Shown piece after piece: positions 58,930 through 64,000 of a stretch of 64,000 bases of DNA; the first letter of the stretch is position 1; each line of letters begins with the position of its first letter. Made by a program: the position numbers and the translations under genes. The stretch covers positions 4,000,001 through 4,064,000 of the forward strand of contig OY761159.2 in NCBI GenBank assembly GCA_963664395.2, read 5' to 3'. The notes below the pieces were generated by a model. That model was not told the origin of the DNA. It did not search any database and saw nothing but the letters and a program-made list of their open reading frames with translations. The DNA comes from Candidatus Binatia bacterium. Its GTDB lineage: Bacteria; Desulfobacterota; Binatia; Bin18.

Positions 58930-59400
58930 CGCTACCCGCGCATAGACTTCCTGAACAACGGTTTTCTCCTGCTCGCTTTGCAAGGCTGCCGAGATGGTCT
59001 TCAACTCCCGGAAAAGGGTTGGCAGGTGGGTCGCGATTTCTTGCAGGATGACCTCTGTATGCCACACAAAAATACCCGCGTTCCAATAGTAGTCTCCGCT
59101 GTCTACATATTTTTGGGCGGTCGGATGATCCGGCTTTTCGACAAAGCGTGCGGTTGCTCGATCCAGTGGTCTGCCGGGAGCACGACCATGACTGCATCAG
59201 GGTCGCAGTGTTGAATATGGCACGCCGCCAAGCCAATAGCCGCCGCAGTATTCCTGCCTTGCGGTTCGGTAAGAATATGACTTGTGTGGCCAATCTCGTT
59301 GAGCTGAGACTGGACGGAAAAAGAGTGCTCTTGGCCGGTGACGACCCACAAGCGCTCTGGTCCCGCCTCCACCGGCAAAAATAACGGTATGCACACTCAT
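58930..59400 (-). pseudogene. manC: Mannose-1-phosphate guanylyltransferase relic with multiple deletions and frameshifts
   Basis: Fragments VIFAGGGGTR / EPQGRNTAAAI...VLPADH / FVEKP...YWNAGIFVW in shifting frames, intervening sequence missing. Confidence 0.85.
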
Positions 59401-59497
59401 AACGGGGACGTTCTTTCTTCGCCCTTCAACGTTCTCTGAATGCTAGCGTTCTCTCTCCCGAAAGCAAAGCCGGAGTTTCGAGCAGGGGAGGGCTTGC

Positions 59498-60616
59498 CTA
59501 GTTTTGATGAAACGCTGCAATAGCCCGCACCACCTCTTCTTGCATAGCCGGTGTGAGCTCCGGATAGATGGGCAGGGCCAGACTGTGAGCCGCCGCGTAC
59601 TCGCTGTGCGGGAATGCGCCACGCCGATAGTGCAAAGATGTAAAACAGGGCTGGAGATGCATGGGAGTTGGATAGTAAATTGCCGCGCCGATACCGTGGT
59701 GTTGGAGCGTTGCCAACAGGGCATCCCGGCGTGTGCTTTGGAGAACAAACTGATGATAGATATGCCGCCGGTGCGAAGCCTCGACCGGCAGGGTAATCTC
59801 CCCGAGCCCGTGGGAGGCAAAAAGCCGGCGATACGTGTCGGCATTGCACTGCCGGGCCTCGGTCCAGGCATCCAGATACTGTAGTTTGACGCGCAGCACC
59901 ACGGCTTGGAGGGCGTCCAGGCGAAAATTCCCGCCCACAATGGCATGCTCATATTTGGCCTGGGCCTGGGCACCATGACTCCGCAGCTGTCTGACTCGTT
60001 GCGCGAGGTCTGCGTCATTGGTGGTCACCATCCCGCCATCACCATATCCGCCTAAATTTTTAGAAGGAAAAAAACTCAAACAGCCACAATGTCCCAGCGC
60101 GCCGGCGCGCTGGCCTTTGTATTCTGCGCCCACTGCCTGAGCGGCGTCTTCGATGAGAAAAAGATTCCGGCGCGCGGCAATCTCAAGAATCGGGTCCATG
60201 TCCGCCATCTGGCCGAACAGATGAACCGGGATAATGGCGCGGGTCCGCGGGGTGATGACGGCTTCGATCCGGGCCGGGTCCAGAGTATAGGTCAGCGGGT
60301 CGATATCAACAAAGACCGGCCGTGCTCCGAGGCGGGCAATACTCCCGACTGAGGCAAAAAAGGTATACGGCGAGGTGATGACCTCATCGTCCGGCTGAAT
60401 ATCGATAGCCATAAGGGCGGCCAGCAGGGCATCCGTACCGGACGATACCCCGATAGCATACCGACACTGAGAGTAGGCCGCGATCTCGTGTTCCAAGGCC
60501 TCAACTTCCGGTCCCAAAATGAATTGCTGAGAATCCAGGACGCGCTCAAGAGCAGCCCGGATTTCCTGCCGGATTGTGGCGTATTGGGCTTTGAGATCGA
60601 GCAGGGGGACAGCCAT
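59498..60616 (-). CDS. DegT/DnrJ/EryC1/StrS aminotransferase
   Basis: VPLLDL, SGTDAL, PVHLFGQ, EDAAQA, SFFPSKNLG, NFRLD; start ATG 60616. Confidence 0.93.
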   Translation of the reverse strand: MAVPLLDLKAQYATIRQEIRAALERVLDSQQFILGPEVEALEHEIAAYSQCRYAIGVSSGTDALLAALMAIDIQPDDEVITSPYTFFASVGSIARLGARPVFVDIDPLTYTLDPARIEAVITPRTRAIIPVHLFGQMADMDPILEIAARRNLFLIEDAAQAVGAEYKGQRAGALGHCGCLSFFPSKNLGGYGDGGMVTTNDADLAQRVRQLRSHGAQAQAKYEHAIVGGNFRLDALQAVVLRVKLQYLDAWTEARQCNADTYRRLFASHGLGEITLPVEASHRRHIYHQFVLQSTRRDALLATLQHHGIGAAIYYPTPMHLQPCFTSLHYRRGAFPHSEYAAAHSLALPIYPELTPAMQEEVVRAIAAFHQN

Positions 60617-60720
60617 ACAACAGTCTTCTCTCCGCTCAGTATTGGTTCCCTTGGGAACGGTCAAGAGAGGAAGGCGTGAGCCGTAAATCTGAAACCTGTT
60701 TTGCGTGCGGTGAAGAGGAA

Positions 60721-60738
60721 TGATAATCTGAATTATCA
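60721..60738. promoter_or_regulatory. Palindrome TGATAAT-N4-ATTATCA (Fur-family-like operator)
   Basis: Perfect 7-bp arms in the divergent intergenic region. Confidence 0.45.
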
Positions 60739-60766
60739 GAGACGTTTGAGTGTAAGGAATTATCGT

Positions 60767-61141
60767 ATGCCGTGTTTTTGGAAGCGCTCTCGAATCATAA
60801 CTGTTGCTGTCGCCGGACTGCTTGGGCTGGGAGGAGGATTCTCCGGGTGTACGCAGGAATCACAGAACCGGCTGAGTCGTTCCATTCAAAACTGGACGGG
60901 AACCAACGGCGTCCTGGACATCTATGCCGGAGAAAAGCTGGTGCTGCGTTTTATTGAGATCGATAAGCTCAGCACCGCGTCAGCAACCGGGGACGGAAGT
61001 GCAGCCAGACCCTACCGCTTTGGATATGGCTACGTGGACAGGAACCTGAATTTCCGGGTCGATGAAGGCGAGAAGAAAGTCTATTTCGAGTTTAGTGATT
61101 ACTCAACCAGCTATATTTTTTACGAGAACTACACCGAGTAG
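60767..61141 (+). CDS. Hypothetical lipoprotein
   Basis: Basic N-terminus, hydrophobic stretch, lipobox FSGC; start ATG 60767. Confidence 0.7.
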   Translation: MPCFWKRSRIITVAVAGLLGLGGGFSGCTQESQNRLSRSIQNWTGTNGVLDIYAGEKLVLRFIEIDKLSTASATGDGSAARPYRFGYGYVDRNLNFRVDEGEKKVYFEFSDYSTSYIFYENYTE

Positions 61142-61155
61142 CAAAGGGCGTAGGA

Positions 61156-62409
61156 GTGCCGGAACTTTTTGATTTCATCCCGCCCGAGTGGCGCCTGGGT
61201 TGGGAATTTCGCTGGCGAGATGTGATTGACATCGCCTGTATGACGTTCTTCGTGTACCAGGCATATATCCGCTTTCGTGGGACGCAGGCCGCACGGATAG
61301 GGGCAGGCTTGGCCGTGCTGGGCACATTCTACTTCCTGGCAAGCCAAGCCGGGCTCTTTTTAACCACCTGGGTGCTGGGCGGTATTTGGGCCGCGGTCTT
61401 TGTTCTGGTCGTCGTCGTGTTCCAGGCTGAAATTCGTCAGATTCTTGAGCGGGTCACCCCTGTCCTCTTAACCTCAAATGTTTTTCGTCGGATCTCTGCT
61501 GAGACCCGGGTTGCTGATTTCCTGGTCACCATAGCGGACACGTGTTTTACCCTGGCGAAAAAGCGCTGTGGCGCAATTCTCGTTCTTGAGCGGAACGACT
61601 CGGTAGAACCCTTATTGCGTAGCCAGGGAGTCCTGATTGATGCCAAAGTCAGCGCTTTACTCCTTGACAATCTGTTTACGCCCTCCAGCCCGCTGCACGA
61701 CGGTGCGGTCTATCTTCGGGCCGGGCGGGTCTGTCGGGCTGGCTGCATTTTGCCACTCTCAGAATCACGCTCGCTGCCCTATACGTATGGAACTCGTCAT
61801 CGGGCCGCCCTAGGAATTACTGAGCGTTCTGACGCGCTGGCCATGGTTGTTTCGGAAGAGCAAGGCGCCGTCTCCGTTGTCGATCATGGCGGTATGGTGA
61901 CGCTGCCAGGATCGTCCGAGCTGCTGGAATGGCTGAATTCGCGTCTTTCCGGGGCCGCAGGAAAAAGGCGCGCCCAAGGGGGGTGGCGCGACATCCTGGT
62001 GGCCAATATGCGTGCCAAGATTGGTGCGCTGGCAACAGTCTGCATCCTGTGGCTGATTCTGGTCGGCCCGCAAAACACCGAAGTCGGATTCGCCGTTCCC
62101 GTGGTCTATTACAATATCCCAGGGGATTTGGACATGATTGGCAAGAATACCCAGGAAGTCTACCTGCGGGTGCGCGGCTCGCGAGAACTGCTGACCTTGC
62201 TTGACCCGCGAGGTCTTCGGGCACAAGTCGATCTTTCAAATGCAAGCGCCGGGCGGAGTCGCCTCCCCCTGACTGAGCACGATGTGAACGTCCCGCTCGG
62301 CCTCCAAGTCGCCGGTATGGACCCATCGAGCGTGAGCGTTCGTCTCAAGGAACGTCCGTCTCCACCGAAAGAATCAGAGCAAAACGGCACCGCGCGACAG
62401 ACGTCGTAA
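61156..62409 (+). CDS. cdaA: Diadenylate cyclase CdaA fused to a TM helix and YbbR/CdaR domain
   Basis: 3 N-terminal TMs, FQAEIR, LHDGA, GTRHRAA, VSEE; C-terminal VPV..NIP...V.LRVRG YbbR-like region. Confidence 0.88.
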   Translation: MPELFDFIPPEWRLGWEFRWRDVIDIACMTFFVYQAYIRFRGTQAARIGAGLAVLGTFYFLASQAGLFLTTWVLGGIWAAVFVLVVVVFQAEIRQILERVTPVLLTSNVFRRISAETRVADFLVTIADTCFTLAKKRCGAILVLERNDSVEPLLRSQGVLIDAKVSALLLDNLFTPSSPLHDGAVYLRAGRVCRAGCILPLSESRSLPYTYGTRHRAALGITERSDALAMVVSEEQGAVSVVDHGGMVTLPGSSELLEWLNSRLSGAAGKRRAQGGWRDILVANMRAKIGALATVCILWLILVGPQNTEVGFAVPVVYYNIPGDLDMIGKNTQEVYLRVRGSRELLTLLDPRGLRAQVDLSNASAGRSRLPLTEHDVNVPLGLQVAGMDPSSVSVRLKERPSPPKESEQNGTARQTS

Positions 62410-62418
62410 GGCCCTCTC

Positions 62419-63849
62419 TTACGTCGCCTGCTCCACCGCCGCCTGTAACAACTCCCACACCCGCGCCACGTGTTCATGCGTGGTGGCCTGGTTGCCGATG
62501 GCAACGCGGATGGCGTACCGGTCGTTCAGCTTGGTGTGCGACAGGTACGCCTGCCCGCTGGCGTTCACCGCGTCGATGAGGCTGGCATTATGCTCATCCG
62601 GGTTGCGGTCGCCGGCCGGCAGGTGACGGAAACAGACGGTGGAGAACGGGACCGGCGCCAGCCGCTCCCAGTCCGGGGCTGCGTCGATTTGCTCGGCCAG
62701 CCAGCGGGCTTCCCGCATATGGCCGCCGATGATCGCGGCCAGCCCCGCACGCCCGTACGCGCGGATGACCATCCACAGTTTGAGCGCACGAAAGCGCCGA
62801 CCCAGAGACAGGCCGTAGTCCATCAGATTGACCACATCCTGCTCGTCGGTCCTGAGATACTCGGCCACCAGCGAAAAGGCGCGTTTGAGATCGTCGGGCC
62901 GGCGTGTATAGAGCAGACTGCAATCTATCGGGGTCAGCAGCCACTTATGCGGGTTGGTGACAAACGAGTCGGCGCGCTCACAGCCGGCCAGTACGCTTCG
63001 ATGGGAGGGGACCAGGGCCGCGGCTCCACCATAGGCGGCATCAACGTGCAGCCATACATTGTACCGCTCGCAAATATCCGCAAGGGCAGGAACCGGATCA
63101 ATGCTTGTTGACGAGGTCGTGCCGACCGTTGCCACAACGGCGAGGGGTTTGACCCCAGCCGCCAGGTCGCTCTTGATGGCCTGCTCCAGGAGGTCCGGTC
63201 GCATCCGAAACTCGGCGTCCGTCTCAACATGCCTGGTCCAACGTCGCCCGATTCCGAGGGCAATAGCCGCTTTATCAATCGAACTGTGGGCCTGGGTTGA
63301 GGTGTAAATCGCCAGCGGTGGCAAGTCGTCTCGACCCGCCATGCCGTGCTCGCGAATATCCAGGCCGGCCGCTTCCCGCGCCGCGGCCAGCGCATATAAA
63401 GAGGAGGCCGAGGCCGTATCTGTAATTTCTCCGAACCAGTCGGTGGGCAGGCCGAGCATCTCGGCGACCCAGCGCAGCGTGCGCTGCTCCAGTTCGGTTG
63501 CCGCGGGCGAGGTGCGCCACAACATGGCATTGACGTTGAGCGCGGCCGAAATCAGTTCGCCTATAATGCCGGGTCCCGACCCACTGATCCCGAAATAGGC
63601 AAAGAAGGCCGGATGATTCCAGTGTGTAATGCCAGGAAGAATGAGACGGTCAACGTCTTTGAGAATCACCTCCAGCGACTCGCCGTGTTCGGGCGGGCTC
63701 TCGGGCAGACTTGCTGCGATATCGCCCGGTGAGACAGTCGCCAGGACTGGCCGGTCGCCAACATGTTGCAAATAGGACGCGACCCATGCCGCCGCTTCAG
63801 AGAGCGCGTGTTGGAGCTCTTGCGGACTTGGGCCTATCTGTCGAGTCAT
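62419..63849 (-). CDS. PLP-dependent aromatic L-amino acid decarboxylase family
   Basis: PGITHWNHP.FFAYF, SPAATELE, AHSSIDKA, HVDAAY, NPHKW, GRRFRALKLW; start ATG 63849. Confidence 0.9.
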   Translation of the reverse strand: MTRQIGPSPQELQHALSEAAAWVASYLQHVGDRPVLATVSPGDIAASLPESPPEHGESLEVILKDVDRLILPGITHWNHPAFFAYFGISGSGPGIIGELISAALNVNAMLWRTSPAATELEQRTLRWVAEMLGLPTDWFGEITDTASASSLYALAAAREAAGLDIREHGMAGRDDLPPLAIYTSTQAHSSIDKAAIALGIGRRWTRHVETDAEFRMRPDLLEQAIKSDLAAGVKPLAVVATVGTTSSTSIDPVPALADICERYNVWLHVDAAYGGAAALVPSHRSVLAGCERADSFVTNPHKWLLTPIDCSLLYTRRPDDLKRAFSLVAEYLRTDEQDVVNLMDYGLSLGRRFRALKLWMVIRAYGRAGLAAIIGGHMREARWLAEQIDAAPDWERLAPVPFSTVCFRHLPAGDRNPDEHNASLIDAVNASGQAYLSHTKLNDRYAIRVAIGNQATTHEHVARVWELLQAAVEQAT

Positions 63850-64000
63850 GCTGAAGACCGTAGCACAAAAGAAAAATAGACTGGAACGGTGTGACGCCGC
63901 TCCACCCTGGGCGTGCGGGTATTTTGTCCGCATTTTGTCCGCCTCCTGCCCGCCTCAGTTGGGGCGGACGGCGGGAGAATGCCGGTGGCTGGCATAGATT

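Noticed and set aside
63900-64000. Possible tRNA or riboswitch at the window end
   Set aside because: No cloverleaf, T-loop or recognisable aptamer consensus; only a hairpin

Overview
64 kb of chromosomal DNA from a moderately GC-rich bacterium. The gene content (F420/LLM oxidoreductases, a wHTH-AAA ATPase relic, GlnRS, CdaA, mpl/slt, many catabolic hydrolases) suggests a 'deltaproteobacterial' lineage such as Binatia; this is inference only. About 60 CDS. Housekeeping genes: prkA-yeaH-spoVR, ispF, htpG, aroF, glnS, two cyclophilins, a Gld-type ABC transporter and a cdaA-cdaR fusion. There is a peptidoglycan-recycling cluster (ldcA, beta-lactamase-fold hydrolase, mpl, convergent slt) and blocks of aromatic, N-heterocycle and lactam catabolic genes (extradiol dioxygenase, cyclic amidohydrolase, hydantoinase/oxoprolinase A+B facing pxpABC). 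Small defence-type modules sit between ordinary genes: a single-chain R-M enzyme followed by an uncharacterised TM-PLD-like + 3-TM gene pair, hicA-hicB-DUF6941, mazEF, vapBC, and a NucS-like nuclease inside the hydantoinase operon. Signals absent from the ORF track: a 20-codon Phe-rich leader peptide before aroF, a 10-bp x ~21 tandem array upstream of an orphan MinD/ParA ATPase, a promoter with its TTGACA box repeated four times, and several genes eroded by deletion or frameshift. I saw no rRNA, tRNA, CRISPR array, integrase or transposase. All calls come from reading motifs by eye; no database search was run.
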